Positions 40,444-51,029 of a stretch of 64,000 nt of DNA are shown piece after piece. Both the position numbers and the translations under genes were made by a program. Under the pieces are notes generated by a model. That model saw only the letters and a list, made by a program, of their open reading frames with translations. It was not told the origin of the DNA and did not search any database. Each line of letters starts with the position of its first letter. Position 1 is the stretch's first letter. This DNA is from an uncultured Gemmatimonadales bacterium (GTDB lineage: Bacteria; Gemmatimonadota; Gemmatimonadetes; Longimicrobiales; Gaopeijiaceae), in contig CAWGKG010000018.1 of assembly GCA_963823035.1 (NCBI GenBank), forward strand, positions 352,001 to 416,000, read 5' to 3'.

Positions 40444-41704
40444 GTGGCCACATGGCGATGCGGATCCGGTCGAGGTGCGCGGCGTGCCTTGATGGTCGCG
40501 CCGATCCTCGCGCTCGCCCTCGCGCTCGCCGCGACCCCGCCTCCGCTCGGGGCGCAGCAGAGCGACCTGCGCCGCGAGATCCTCGAGAGCCAGCGTCGGC
40601 TCGAGCAGATCCGGGCCGAGCGCGCCCGCCTGCAGGCGGAGATGGAAGGCGTGCAGGTACGCGTCCGGGACGCGGCGGCCGATCTCGCCAACGTGGAGCG
40701 GCGCCTGTCGGCGTCACGCTCCGTGCTCGCCGAGATCCAGCTCCAGTCGGACGCGACCTCCGAGGAGATCGCCACCACGAGCCTGGACCTGGTGCAGGCG
40801 CGCGAGCGCCTCGCAGCCGGCAAGGCCGTCCTCAACCGTCGGCTTCGCGACATCTACAAGCTGGGTCCCTTGCAGACCGTGCGGGTGCTCCTGGGCGCCA
40901 CCTCCTTCACCGACCTGCTGAACCGATACCGCTACCTGCAGCGCGTGGCCTCCTTCGACCGCGCGCTCGTCGATCGCGTCAACGAGCTCGAGCAGGTGCT
41001 CAGCGAGCAGAGCGACGAGCTCGAGCAACGCATGGCGGAGCTGAGCGGGCTCCGTCAGGCGCGTCAGGGGGAGGTCGCCCAGCTGCGCTCCGTCGAGGAG
41101 GAACGGCAGGCCACGCTGCAGGAGTACCGCTCCCGCCAGGAGAACACCGAGACGCAGCTGGGCCAGCTCGAGGCCGACGAGAAGCGCATGACCGGCCTGA
41201 TCGACGATCTCGAACGCCGTCGGATCGAGGAGGAGCGCCGGCGCTCGTCGGCCTCCGCCGGAGAGGGCACGCTGTCGGCGAGCGACGAGGGCTCTCTCGA
41301 CTGGCCGCTGGACGGAGACATCCTCTATCACTTCGGGCGCGAGCGCCGGCCCAACGGGCTGGTGCTGCGCTGGAACGGGATCGGCATCGAGGCGGCCCCC
41401 GGGAACGCCCGTGCGCGCCGTGCGCGCCGGCCGCGTGGTGTTGGCCGGGCCCTTCGAGGGATACGGGCCCACGGTGGTGCTCAGCCACGGAAACGGCTTC
41501 TACACCCTCTACCTCTACCTGGAGGACATCGGGGTCGTGGAGGGGCGTGACGTGGCGGCGGGCCAGGTGGTGGGCACGGTGGGCGGGCGCGACACGCCGG
41601 AGGGCGCCCACCTCGAGTTCCAGATCCGCGCCCCGGTGAACGGAGGCGCGCCCCAGGCGCAGGATCCCCTCAAGTGGCTCCGACCCCGGGGAGCCGGCGG
41701 ATGA
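40444..41704 (+). CDS. envC: EnvC-like murein hydrolase activator (coiled coil plus degenerate M23; +1 break near 41405)
   Basis: Follows ftsEX; long coiled coil, LDWPLDG, WNGIGI, GYG, HLEFQIR (Zn ligands degenerate). Start uncertain (40444-40492). Confidence 0.8.
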
Positions 41705-42876
41705 TCGAGCTCCACCCCGTCGTGGGCCACGAGGCCGCGCGCGCGGCGCTCGCCCGCGCGCACGCCGCCGCCGGCCTGCCGGCCTCCCTGCTCGTGCACG
41801 GGCTCCGCGGCGTGGGCAAGCAGCGGCTCGCCCAATGGATCGCGCAGCTGCAGGTGTGCGACAGCCCGGGCCCCGAGGGACCCTGCGGCGCGTGCCGGCC
41901 CTGCCGGCTGGCGCTCGGGCTCGAGCATCCCGACATCCACTGGTACTTCCCCCTTCCCCGTCCGAAGGGCGTGAGCGGGGACCGGCTCGCGGACGCCCTG
42001 GAGTCCGCGCGCGCCGACGCGCTCGTCGAGCTGCGCGCGCATCCGCTGCGGCCCAGCCAGGCCGACGAGCTCCGCGGGATCTACCTCGGCGTCGTGCAGG
42101 GAATCCGCCGTCGCGCCCACGTCACGCCGACGCTGGCGCGGGTGCAGGTCTTCATCATCGCGGACGCCGAGTACCTCGTCCCCCAGGAGGCCAGTCCGGA
42201 GGCCGCGAACGCCCTCCTGAAGCTCCTCGAGGAGCCGCCGGGGGGCTCGCGCTTCGTGCTCACGTCGGGCGAGCCGGGACGGCTCCTCCCGACGATCCGC
42301 TCCCGTTCCGTCCCCCTGCACCTCTCGCCGCTGCCGCTGGAGACCGTCGCGACGTTTCTCCGGGAGCGGTGCGGCGTGGACGCCGAGACGGCCCGTTGGG
42401 CGGCGGCGCTCGGCCAGGGATCGATCGGAAGGGCGCTCGGCTTCCTCCCCGACGGAGACGATCCCGGCCCCCAGGAAGCGCTACGCCGGGAGGCGCTCAA
42501 GATCGTCGAGGCCGCGCTGGCCGACACCCGCGCCGCCGGTTGGAGCGCCGCGCTGGGCTATGCCCCCACCAGGGCACGCACCCTGGTGGAGCTCTTCGCA
42601 TTCGTCGAGGAGTGGCTACGCGACGTCGCGGCGGTCGCCGCGGGCTCGGAGGAGAGCGTCCGCAGCCGGGACTTCCTCCCCCACCTGCGCAAGCTGGTGA
42701 CGGACGCGGGCGTCGAGGCGGCGGACGCGGCGGCAGCGCTCCCGGCCGTGGAGGAGGCCCGCGAGTTGGCGCGCGGGAACGTGAACCCCCAGCTCATCGT
42801 CTCCGGGCTCGTGCGCCGGCTCCGTCGGACGCTGCGCCGGGAAGCCGCCGACGCCTTCCCGGGAGGAACGCGCTGA
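41701..42876 (+). CDS. holB: DNA polymerase III delta-prime subunit
   Basis: [12 protein letters not shown]...[24 protein letters not shown] and LLPTIRSR motifs. Confidence 0.88.
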   Translation: MIELHPVVGHEAARAALARAHAAAGLPASLLVHGLRGVGKQRLAQWIAQLQVCDSPGPEGPCGACRPCRLALGLEHPDIHWYFPLPRPKGVSGDRLADALESARADALVELRAHPLRPSQADELRGIYLGVVQGIRRRAHVTPTLARVQVFIIADAEYLVPQEASPEAANALLKLLEEPPGGSRFVLTSGEPGRLLPTIRSRSVPLHLSPLPLETVATFLRERCGVDAETARWAAALGQGSIGRALGFLPDGDDPGPQEALRREALKIVEAALADTRAAGWSAALGYAPTRARTLVELFAFVEEWLRDVAAVAAGSEESVRSRDFLPHLRKLVTDAGVEAADAAAALPAVEEARELARGNVNPQLIVSGLVRRLRRTLRREAADAFPGGTR

Positions 42877-43367
42877 TGTCGGACGAAGGCCTGACACACC
42901 ACGACGAGGCGGGACGGGCGCGGATGGTGGACGTGACCGCGAAGGAGGCCACGTCGCGCCTGGCGGTGGCCGAGGGCCGCATCGTGATGGCGGCGGAGAC
43001 GCTGGCGCGGATCCGCGAGGGCCGCACGCCGAAGGGGGATCCCCTCCTGGTGGCCCAGATCGCGGGGATCATGGGCGGGAAGCGCACGGCGGATCTCATC
43101 CCCCTCTGTCACCAGCTACCCGGTGCCAGCATCGCCGTGACGCTCGAGCCGGACGACACCCTCCCCGGGGTGGTCGCCCGTGCGGAGGCGCGCATCGCCG
43201 GCCGGACCGGGGTGGAGATGGAGGCGCTGACCGCCGTCTCGGTGGCGCTCCTCGCGGTCTACGACATGGTCAAGGCGGTGGACCGCGGCATGCGCATCGA
43301 GGGGGTTCGGCTGCTGCGGAAGGAAGGCGGACGCAGCGGCGTGTGGAGCGTGGACCCGGACGGCTGA
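42876..43367 (+). CDS. moaC: Cyclic pyranopterin monophosphate synthase
   Basis: LTH...[31 protein letters not shown] and KEGGRSG motifs. Confidence 0.95.
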   Translation: MSDEGLTHHDEAGRARMVDVTAKEATSRLAVAEGRIVMAAETLARIREGRTPKGDPLLVAQIAGIMGGKRTADLIPLCHQLPGASIAVTLEPDDTLPGVVARAEARIAGRTGVEMEALTAVSVALLAVYDMVKAVDRGMRIEGVRLLRKEGGRSGVWSVDPDG

Positions 43368-43380
43368 GCGCGGACGGCGC

Positions 43381-44571
43381 TCAGCCCGCGCCGCGGCTCG
43401 TGCCTGCCCGCGGCGCGATCGGCACGGTGATGCGTTGCCCGATCTGCAGGAACCGCGGCTTGATCTTCGGATTGGCCGCCTTCAGGTCGTCGAGCCGCAC
43501 GCCGTAGCGCCGCGCGATGTGCGACAGCGTCTCGCCGCGCGCCACGCGGTGCTCCACGAACGTCACGCGGTCGCTCGGCGGGATCTTGGCGTAGGCCTCC
43601 GCGAACACCGCGCCGGTGCCGGGCGGGACGCGCAGCGTGGTCTTCCGTCCCGGCGGCGTGATCCCGCGCACGACCTCCGGGTTCAGGCGCTCGATCTCGA
43701 CCTGCGAGGCCCCGGCGGCCTGCGCGACCACGTCCAGCGTCGTCGCGTCCGGCACCACCACGTCGTCGAAGTCGAAGCCCTCGATCCCGTCCGCGACCTG
43801 GATGCCGTGGGCGCCCGGATCGCGCGCCACCTCGACCGCCGCGAGGAACTTCGGTACGAAGTCGCGCGTCTCGCGGGGGAGACGGCCCCGGATCGCCCAG
43901 TACAAGGAGTCCGAGCGGGGTGCCAGGGGAGCGTAGCGATCGAGCACCCGCTGGACGCGGTACGGACCCGAGTTGTACGCCGCGAGCGCGAGGAACCAGG
44001 ATCCGAAGCGGTCGCGCAGCTGCACGAGGTAGTCGCCCGCGGCGGCCGTCGACTTGAAGGGGTCGCGCCGCTCGTCCAGGAGCGGCCCGACCCACATCCC
44101 GAAGCCACGCGCCGTGGGCGCCATGAACTGCCACAGGCCCACGGCGCTCACGCGGCTCACCGCGCGCGGGCTGTAGCCGCTCTCGACGATCGGCAGGTAG
44201 CGCAGCGACGCCGGCAGCTCCCGGTTCGCCAACACGGAATCGACGGCGGGCGAGAACCACGCCATGCGCTCGAGGTAGTCCGGCAACCATCGGGCGCCCG
44301 GACCCCGCCAGAACGTCACCCACCGATCCACCTCGCGCCGGAAGTCCGGGTCGCGGGTCATCGGTGAGGAGAGGATCTCGTCACGCACCACGGCCCCCGG
44401 CTCCGCGAAGACCACCTCGGCCCATTCCATCGGGTCCGTATAGGTCTCCGGCTCCACCACGGGCGGAGGGATCGGAGGTGGCGGGTGCGGCGTGCGCACG
44501 CCGCACCCGGACGCGCCCACGACGGCGAGGAGCAGCAGCGTCCGCCGCATCGTGGGCACCGGGTACGTCAT
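43381..44571 (-). CDS. MltD-like lytic transglycosylase with LysM domains, lipoprotein
   Basis: Lipobox ASGC; IVESGY, AVGLWQFM, AAYNSG, ETRDFVPK; LysM HRVARGETLSHIARRYGV. Confidence 0.9.
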   Translation of the reverse strand: MTYPVPTMRRTLLLLAVVGASGCGVRTPHPPPPIPPPVVEPETYTDPMEWAEVVFAEPGAVVRDEILSSPMTRDPDFRREVDRWVTFWRGPGARWLPDYLERMAWFSPAVDSVLANRELPASLRYLPIVESGYSPRAVSRVSAVGLWQFMAPTARGFGMWVGPLLDERRDPFKSTAAAGDYLVQLRDRFGSWFLALAAYNSGPYRVQRVLDRYAPLAPRSDSLYWAIRGRLPRETRDFVPKFLAAVEVARDPGAHGIQVADGIEGFDFDDVVVPDATTLDVVAQAAGASQVEIERLNPEVVRGITPPGRKTTLRVPPGTGAVFAEAYAKIPPSDRVTFVEHRVARGETLSHIARRYGVRLDDLKAANPKIKPRFLQIGQRITVPIAPRAGTSRGAG

Positions 44572-44579
44572 CCTTGCGG

Positions 44580-45695
44580 CTAGTCCAGGAGCGCGTCGAT
44601 CGCGGCCAGCAGCCGTTCGACGCTCTCCGAGGTGGCGCCCGCGCCCATGAGGCCGACGCGCCAGATCTTCCCCTTGGCCGGACCGAGCCCTCCCCCCACC
44701 TCGATGTCGAAGCGCTCGAGCAGCGCCCGTCGCAGCGGCGCCTCCTCGGCCCCGCCGGGCAGCGCGGCCGAGGTCAGCTGCGGAAGGCGGTGCCCCTCCT
44801 GCGCGAAGAGCCGGAAGCCGCGCGCGACGAGGGCTTCCTGGAGCTGACGCCCGACGGCTTCGTGACGGGCGAAGCGCGCCTCGAGCCCCTCCTCCTCGAC
44901 GATCACGAGACCCTCGTGCAGCGCGTACATCATGTTGATGGGCGCCGTGTGGTGGTACTTCCGCTCGGATCCCTCCCCCACGTAGTCCGCGAGGAGCGCC
45001 GCGTCCAGGTACCAGCTCTGACAGGGGTGCTGGCGCGTCCGGATGCGCTCGACCGCGCGGGGCGAGAAGGTCAGCGGCGCGAGGCCGGGGGGAACGCCCA
45101 GGCACTTCTGCGTGCCCGAGTAGCACACGTCCACGTGGTTGGCATCGACCTCCACGGGGACGCCGGCGAGCGACGTCACGGTGTCCACCACGAAGAGCGT
45201 CTCCGTGCCGGCGAGGTAGCCACCGATCTCGCCGAGGGGCTGGCGCACCCCCGTCGAGGTCTCCGCATGCACCACCGCGAGCAGGCGCGCCCCGGGGTGT
45301 GCGCGATGCGTCTCGATCATGCGCTGGGGGTCGAGGATCTTCCCCCACTCCTCCTCCACGACGACGACCCGGCACCCCATGCGCCGGGCCATCTCCGCCA
45401 GGCGGCCCCCGAACACCCCATTGACCCCGATGATCACCTCGTCCCCGGGCTCCACCAGGTTGGCCAGCGAGGCCTCCTGTGCGGCCGACCCCGTGCCGGA
45501 CACCGGGAAGGTGAGGGCGTTCGACGTGCCGAAGACACGACGGAGGCGCGCGTTCACGTCGTCCATCACGGCCAGGAACTGCGGGTCGAGGTGGCCGATG
45601 GTGGGGCGAGCGAGCGCTTCGAGGATCCGGGGGTGGACCGGCGACGGGCCGGGGCCCAGAAGGAGTCGCGGACGGATGGGGAAGGGGTTGCTCAT
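44580..45695 (-). CDS. Alanine-glyoxylate / class V aminotransferase
   Basis: LLGPGPS, SGTGS, VHAETSTG, DTVTSL, SGTQKCL, YHHT and WRVGLMG motifs. Confidence 0.92.
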   Translation of the reverse strand: MSNPFPIRPRLLLGPGPSPVHPRILEALARPTIGHLDPQFLAVMDDVNARLRRVFGTSNALTFPVSGTGSAAQEASLANLVEPGDEVIIGVNGVFGGRLAEMARRMGCRVVVVEEEWGKILDPQRMIETHRAHPGARLLAVVHAETSTGVRQPLGEIGGYLAGTETLFVVDTVTSLAGVPVEVDANHVDVCYSGTQKCLGVPPGLAPLTFSPRAVERIRTRQHPCQSWYLDAALLADYVGEGSERKYHHTAPINMMYALHEGLVIVEEEGLEARFARHEAVGRQLQEALVARGFRLFAQEGHRLPQLTSAALPGGAEEAPLRRALLERFDIEVGGGLGPAKGKIWRVGLMGAGATSESVERLLAAIDALLD

Positions 45696-45792
45696 GCGTA
45701 TCTCCATGATCGGCGCGCGCACGCGCCCTGGACAAGCTGTTTCTTCGATGGGAATTCCCGGCGGTGCGGATGCCCGGCCTTCCGGGCGTCCG

Positions 45793-47280
45793 TTACATCC
45801 GGTAGTTGGGCGCCTCGCGCGTGATCGTCACGTCGTGCGGATGCGACTCGCGCAGCCCGCCCATCGTGACGCGCACGAACCGCGCGCCCGCGCGTAGCTC
45901 CGCCAGCGAGCCGGCGCCGCAGTAGCCCATGCCGCTGCGCAGCCCGCCGACGAGCTGGTAGATGGTGTCGGACACCGGTCCCTTGTAGGGGATCCGCGCT
46001 TCGATCCCCTCGGGCACGAGCTTGCGGCCGTCCTTCTGGTCCTCCTGGAAGTAGCGGTCCGCCGAGCCCTCCTCCATCGCCGAGAGAGAGCCCATGCCGC
46101 GCACCGTCTTGAAGCGGCGGCCTTCGAGGAGGAAGCTCTCTCCGGGCGACTCGTCCGTGCCGGCGAACATCGAGCCCATCATCACCGACTCGGCTCCCGC
46201 GGCCAACGCCTTGACGATGTCACCGGAATAGCGGATGCCGCCGTCCGCGATGATGGGCACGTCCGCGCCCACGCCGTCCACCGCGTCCATGATCGCGGTG
46301 AGCTGCGGGAGGCCCACCCCCGTGACGACGCGGGTCGTGCAGATCGACCCCGGCCCCACACCCACCTTCACGGCGTCCGCGCCCCGCTCCACGAGCGCGC
46401 GGGCCGCCTCGGCCGTGCCGACGTTACCACCGACCAGCTCGACGTCCGGGAAGCGCTCACGCACCCGGGCCAGCGCCTGCAGAACGGCCTCCGAGTGCCC
46501 GTGCGCCGTGTCCACCACGATCACGTCCGCCCCGGCTTCCACCAGGAGCGCGGCGCGCTCCAGGTCCCGCGGGCCTGCGCCGATGGCCGCGCCGACACGC
46601 AGCCGTCCGTGCTCGTCCTTGCAGGCATTGGGGTACTGCTGGCGCTTGAAGATGTCCTTCACCGTGATGAGGCCGCGCAGGTTCCCCTCCTCGTCCACCA
46701 CCGGCAACTTCTCGATGCGGTGCTCGTGGAGGATGACGGTGGCCTGGTCGAGCGTCGTCCCGACCGGGACCGTGACCAGCTTCTCGGACGTCATCACCCC
46801 GCGGATCGGCTGGTCGAGCTCCACCTCGAACTGCAGGTCGCGGTTCGTGACGATCCCCACGAGACGGCCGCCGTTCTCGACGATCGGCACGCCGCTGATC
46901 GAGAAGCGCGCCATGAGCTGGTGGGCGTCGCGCAGCGTCGCGTCGGGTGGGAGGGTGATCGGGTTCAGGATCATCCCGCTCTCGGAGCGCTTGACCCGGT
47001 CCACTTCCTCCGCCTGACGCTCCGGCGTGAGGTTCTTGTGGACGATCCCCATCCCCCCTTCCCTCGCCATCTGGATGGCCATCCGCGACTCGGTCACGGT
47101 GTCCATGGCGGCCGCGAGGAGCGGCACATGCAGGGTGATCCGCCGTGTCAGGCGGGAGGAGACGTCGGTGTCCTTCGGGTGGACCAACGAGTGGTTGGGC
47201 ACCAGGAGCACGTCGTCGAAGGTGAGCCCTTCCTTGACGATGGTTTCCCGGCGTTCGGAACCGTCACCCATCGGAGGCAT
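45793..47280 (-). CDS. guaB: IMP dehydrogenase
   Basis: [18 protein letters not shown] pair, [22 protein letters not shown] and ESHPHDV motifs. Confidence 0.97.
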   Translation of the reverse strand: MPPMGDGSERRETIVKEGLTFDDVLLVPNHSLVHPKDTDVSSRLTRRITLHVPLLAAAMDTVTESRMAIQMAREGGMGIVHKNLTPERQAEEVDRVKRSESGMILNPITLPPDATLRDAHQLMARFSISGVPIVENGGRLVGIVTNRDLQFEVELDQPIRGVMTSEKLVTVPVGTTLDQATVILHEHRIEKLPVVDEEGNLRGLITVKDIFKRQQYPNACKDEHGRLRVGAAIGAGPRDLERAALLVEAGADVIVVDTAHGHSEAVLQALARVRERFPDVELVGGNVGTAEAARALVERGADAVKVGVGPGSICTTRVVTGVGLPQLTAIMDAVDGVGADVPIIADGGIRYSGDIVKALAAGAESVMMGSMFAGTDESPGESFLLEGRRFKTVRGMGSLSAMEEGSADRYFQEDQKDGRKLVPEGIEARIPYKGPVSDTIYQLVGGLRSGMGYCGAGSLAELRAGARFVRVTMGGLRESHPHDVTITREAPNYRM

Positions 47281-47316
47281 GTCCGGTTGAAGCGTGTGTG
47301 GGGGTCAGAAAGCCGC

Positions 47317-47360
47317 GCGCCCGCCCCTCGGGGCCCCGAGGGGCGTCGGAGGGCGGGCGC
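47317..47360. repeat. GC-rich palindrome / alternative hairpins upstream of guaB
   Basis: Perfect 24-bp palindrome cgcccctcggggccccgaggggcg (47322-47345); the left arm can alternatively pair with gagggcgggcgc (47349-47360). Confidence 0.65.
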
Positions 47361-47442
47361 TGGCCCACTCGCGCGAGCGGCGACTCTTGGCATGGGTGAG
47401 GATATCCGAAGGGCCCCGGAGCGTCAACGGGCGCCCCGGGCC

Positions 47443-47835
47443 TCACCCCTGGGTGTCGTCGCCGCCCTCCGGCGGGCTCCCCGGACCGACCCTTCCACCC
47501 TTCGCAGGCGCCTTCCCGGAGCCCTCCGAAGGGCCCTCGAACGCCTCCCCCAGCTCGGACAGGATCTGCTTCCCCGCCGAGGACACGCCCGAGAGGACGC
47601 GATCCGCCGCGGAGATCAGCTGGAAGGCCTCGCGGATGGTCGAGGGATTCACCGCCTTGCGCCGCAGTCTGTCCTGGAGGTTCTCCGCGAACTTCTGCAG
47701 CCCCGTCACCTCCACCGGCCCGGCGGGCGAGTACTTCGACTCGAGGAACTCGATGAAGTCGAGCACCTGGTAGATCTGCTCGTCGGGGAGGCTCTCGATC
47801 TTGCGGAGCAGCTGCTGGCGGAGGACGTCGTGCAT
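47443..47835 (-). CDS. Hypothetical protein (N-terminus DUF2281-like)
   Basis: Typical codon usage; LPDEQIYQVLDFIEFLESKY. Confidence 0.7.
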   Translation of the reverse strand: MHDVLRQQLLRKIESLPDEQIYQVLDFIEFLESKYSPAGPVEVTGLQKFAENLQDRLRRKAVNPSTIREAFQLISAADRVLSGVSSAGKQILSELGEAFEGPSEGSGKAPAKGGRVGPGSPPEGGDDTQG

Positions 47836-48027
47836 GGCGCGTCACGGAGGGAAGGAGTCACGGCCCCTGGGGGACCCGATGGGGTAGTGTACCACCGACA
47901 GGCGCTCCGGCGCAGGCCCGTGCCGGGTGCCCAACCCCTCCAACGGGCTTTGCCCGGGGGTGAAAAGCGCATAACGTGAGCCGCGCCCGACGCGACTGGA
48001 CCCTCTACACGCACGATCGGACCCCCC

Positions 48028-48852
48028 ATGCCCTTCCTTCCACTCCGCGCGGTTCCGGTGGCCGACGAGGCCTCGGCGCTCTACGGGGACTGGCTGTCCA
48101 GGCTGGACGAGGAGCTGAGCCGTCCCGACTGCGACCGCAACGATCTGACGCGGCGCATCCTGACGGACCTCTACTACCCGCAGTATGCGGACGCCGACCC
48201 CGCCTCGATCCCGCCGACCTTGCGGGTGGCGCTGGCGCACATGGACCCGCGCAGCGTCACCCTGGAGCCCGAGTACTACCAGGAGACGGACGTCGAGCGC
48301 TACGCGGCCGTCAAGCCGCTCCTCTGGCTGTGGGAGATGTTCGACAAGAGCCCCCTCGGCGAGAACGTCGAGCTGGGCATCCGCTTCCGGCGCATCCTCG
48401 CGAAGCGGATCTTCAAGCGCTGCGGCAAGAACTTCAAGGCATTCGCCTTCGTGCGCGTCTCTTTCGGGTACAACCTCGAGGTGGGCGACGACGTGGTAAT
48501 CCACCGGCACGTCCTCCTCGACGACCGGGGCGGCATCGAGATCGGCGACGGCGCTTCGGTGTCGGACTTTGCGAACGTGTACTCGCACACGCACGACATC
48601 GTCGACGGCCGCATCGTCTTCACGCCGAGGACCGTGATCGGCAAGGGCGTGCGCATCACCTACCACGCGACGATCCTCGCCGGGACGCACGTCGCGGACG
48701 ACTCGATGGTGGGCGCGGGCTCGATCCTCACGAAGGACACCCGGCCGCACTGGGTGTTCGTGGGCATCCCGTCGCGTCCGGTCAAGGAGAAGCCCGCCGA
48801 GGAGCGCGCCCGCAAGGCGCCGCCCACCCGGGACCCCTTCGCGGAGGACTGA
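48028..48852 (+). CDS. Hexapeptide-repeat (left-handed beta-helix) acyltransferase
   Basis: GYNLEVGDDVVIH, IEIGDGASV, YSHTH, IGKGVRI and VGAGSILTKD motifs. Confidence 0.85.
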   Translation: MPFLPLRAVPVADEASALYGDWLSRLDEELSRPDCDRNDLTRRILTDLYYPQYADADPASIPPTLRVALAHMDPRSVTLEPEYYQETDVERYAAVKPLLWLWEMFDKSPLGENVELGIRFRRILAKRIFKRCGKNFKAFAFVRVSFGYNLEVGDDVVIHRHVLLDDRGGIEIGDGASVSDFANVYSHTHDIVDGRIVFTPRTVIGKGVRITYHATILAGTHVADDSMVGAGSILTKDTRPHWVFVGIPSRPVKEKPAEERARKAPPTRDPFAED

Positions 48853-48917
48853 GACCGCGAGGTTCGGCTGCGGCACGTCGCCGGCGGGAACGGGCCCGCG
48901 GGGAATCGCGAGCTTCC

Positions 48918-50417
48918 CTACGCGTTCCCCAGGCTGAAGGTCGTGGGCAGGCCCACGCGCGGAATGACCAACTTGACGAAGTGCGTGCAGTGCCGCTTCA
49001 GCCACCGGTTCTCCGGGGATTCACGCTCGTGCAGTTGCACCAGCCCGTGGCGGGCGTCGCTCCTGCGGGAGAAATAGCTGATCCGATCCCCCGGGTCCTC
49101 GGCAGTCACGGTGAACGCCAGCTCGACGAGCTTTGACGAGGGCACGTGGTCGTAGAACCCTCCGTCACGCATCAGGTCGAAGCGGTCCATGAACATGCAC
49201 ACGTTGGCGGGATCACGTCGGTGCCTGTGCACGTCCGCCAGCACCTCCCGGTGGAAGAACACGCTCTCGTCGGGGAGCGCCGACCGAAGCGAGAAGATCC
49301 CCCCCTTCGACTTCTGGGGCATGAAGGCCACGAAGTAGTCGGTCACCGCCACGCCGAACTCGTCGACCGCGCGCACGAACACCTGGTAGTGCTCGTGGAA
49401 ATACTGCTCGTCCGCCCCCTTCGTCCTGAAGAAGCGGTCGCGGTGCGCCTGCGCGTCCTTCGACGTGCCGGCGAACGTGCGCGTGTCCCCCGTGATCGCG
49501 TCCCACGCCTCGCCGACCGCCTTGTATTCGGCCGGCGTCCCGGTGCGTAGCGCCTGGAGGATCAGCTCGCCGAGCCGCGCCTGCGCGGCGGGGACCTTCG
49601 AGTATCCCTCCTCGTCCGGGCGCGTGACGGAGCCGTGGTCGCGGTCCGGCAGCACGGCCAACGGGAAAGACACGTCCGTCCCGAGCCGCGCGGGCCACGG
49701 CGTGATCGTGGGGTGGGTCAGCCCGTCGTCCCCGGCGCTGAAGTCCACCGTGATCCCGTGCGTGTTCAGATTGGCCGCCGCCACCCGGACCGTGCCGTCG
49801 GAGCCGTTCTCGTTGGTGAGCTGGGTGACCACCTTGTCGTACGGATGGGTTCCGACGATCACGAAGGGCCGGATCCGCTCGGGGCCGTAGAACGGCTGCC
49901 GCGCGGGCCGGCCCGGCTCGTCGAAGAGGTCGGAGTGCGCCAGGTCCCAGAGGAAGGGGGAGCCGAGCTCCAGGGCGTGGAGCATCTCCTCCCCGGTCTC
50001 GAAGCCGGTCTTCCACCCCTTGACCACGCGTCCGAGCAGCGACCGTCCCTTGTGCGCCAGCACGGAGCCGAAGTTGGCGGGCGCCAGCATGACGAGGTTC
50101 ACCACCGGGCAGGGTCGGCCGTCGTAGTAGCGTGCGATCCACCGCCTGGCCACCAGCCCCCCCGTGCTGTGCACCAGGAGGTGGAAGCGTGGCCCCAGCT
50201 TCTCCGGCACGCCGTCCGGGAGGGCGAGCCGCTCGGCGATCACCTCCTCCATTCGCTTGGTGATGTCGTCGATCGTCACGTCGTCACGGAGCGAGATGTA
50301 ATCTCCCAGGAACATGGGCACGGCGTCGAAGCCCGCCTGGCGCAGGAAGTGCGCGAGCGGCTCGAACGACTTCGAGCTGTCGCTCCATCCGTGCAGGATC
50401 ACGACCTGTTCGGCCAT
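48918..50417 (-). CDS. Alpha/beta hydrolase (lipase/esterase-like)
   Basis: ILHGWSD oxyanion region, VHSTGG nucleophile, LAPANFGS, SDGTV Asp and DRDHGS His. Confidence 0.82.
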   Translation of the reverse strand: MAEQVVILHGWSDSSKSFEPLAHFLRQAGFDAVPMFLGDYISLRDDVTIDDITKRMEEVIAERLALPDGVPEKLGPRFHLLVHSTGGLVARRWIARYYDGRPCPVVNLVMLAPANFGSVLAHKGRSLLGRVVKGWKTGFETGEEMLHALELGSPFLWDLAHSDLFDEPGRPARQPFYGPERIRPFVIVGTHPYDKVVTQLTNENGSDGTVRVAAANLNTHGITVDFSAGDDGLTHPTITPWPARLGTDVSFPLAVLPDRDHGSVTRPDEEGYSKVPAAQARLGELILQALRTGTPAEYKAVGEAWDAITGDTRTFAGTSKDAQAHRDRFFRTKGADEQYFHEHYQVFVRAVDEFGVAVTDYFVAFMPQKSKGGIFSLRSALPDESVFFHREVLADVHRHRRDPANVCMFMDRFDLMRDGGFYDHVPSSKLVELAFTVTAEDPGDRISYFSRRSDARHGLVQLHERESPENRWLKRHCTHFVKLVIPRVGLPTTFSLGNA

Positions 50418-50443
50418 GGCGGAACCTCTCCTTGAGCGCCTAG

Positions 50444-50998
50444 CTAGCGCGCGAAGACGTCGAGGAGGAACTGGAGGGAGATCCCCATGCCGGCGAACCA
50501 GCGGAGGCCCAGGTCGTGCTCCATCCAGAGCGCGCCCGCCCGCAGGTCGAGGATGGCCAGCTTGGCCGTCAACGCCGGCCCGATCGCCGCCGGTTCCAGG
50601 TTCGCGTACGCGACCACGCCCACCTGGTCGACCAGGGAGCCCGTGCGCCGGAGCAGCCCGAGGTACCCGTCCGCGGAGAAGGAGTCCTTGTCCCCCCGGT
50701 GGCCCGCGATGGACACCCCGAGCCCCGCGCCGAAGCCGACGAGCCAGGGCGAGACCTCGGACGAGATCTCCTGCCCCGGGGCGGGCAGGCCCCCCGCATC
50801 ACCGAGGGGGATGGCCCAACCCACCCCGATCGACGCGGTGGTGGCCACGCCGTCCAGGCGGGCGGCCTGGAGCGAGACCGTGCCCATCTGTGCGCGCACG
50901 GGGGCGGCGGAAAAGGCCGGGAGGGTCAACAGAAGGGCCATCACTCCGGCGAACGGTGCGCGGGAGCGGATGGGGACCGGCGGGCGGCGTGGCGTCAT
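50444..50998 (-). CDS. Hypothetical exported protein, possibly a small outer-membrane beta-barrel
   Basis: Signal peptide ending VRA-Q; alternating amphipathic strands with G/aromatic residues. Confidence 0.55.
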   Translation of the reverse strand: MTPRRPPVPIRSRAPFAGVMALLLTLPAFSAAPVRAQMGTVSLQAARLDGVATTASIGVGWAIPLGDAGGLPAPGQEISSEVSPWLVGFGAGLGVSIAGHRGDKDSFSADGYLGLLRRTGSLVDQVGVVAYANLEPAAIGPALTAKLAILDLRAGALWMEHDLGLRWFAGMGISLQFLLDVFAR

Positions 50999-51029
50999 GG
51001 TTCCTCGGGAAGGGTCGGTGCGACGGGGC

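Noticed and set aside
47443..47835. DUF2281-like antitoxin of a toxin-antitoxin pair
   Set aside because: No adjacent toxin-like ORF, and the similarity is limited to a short N-terminal pattern judged by eye.
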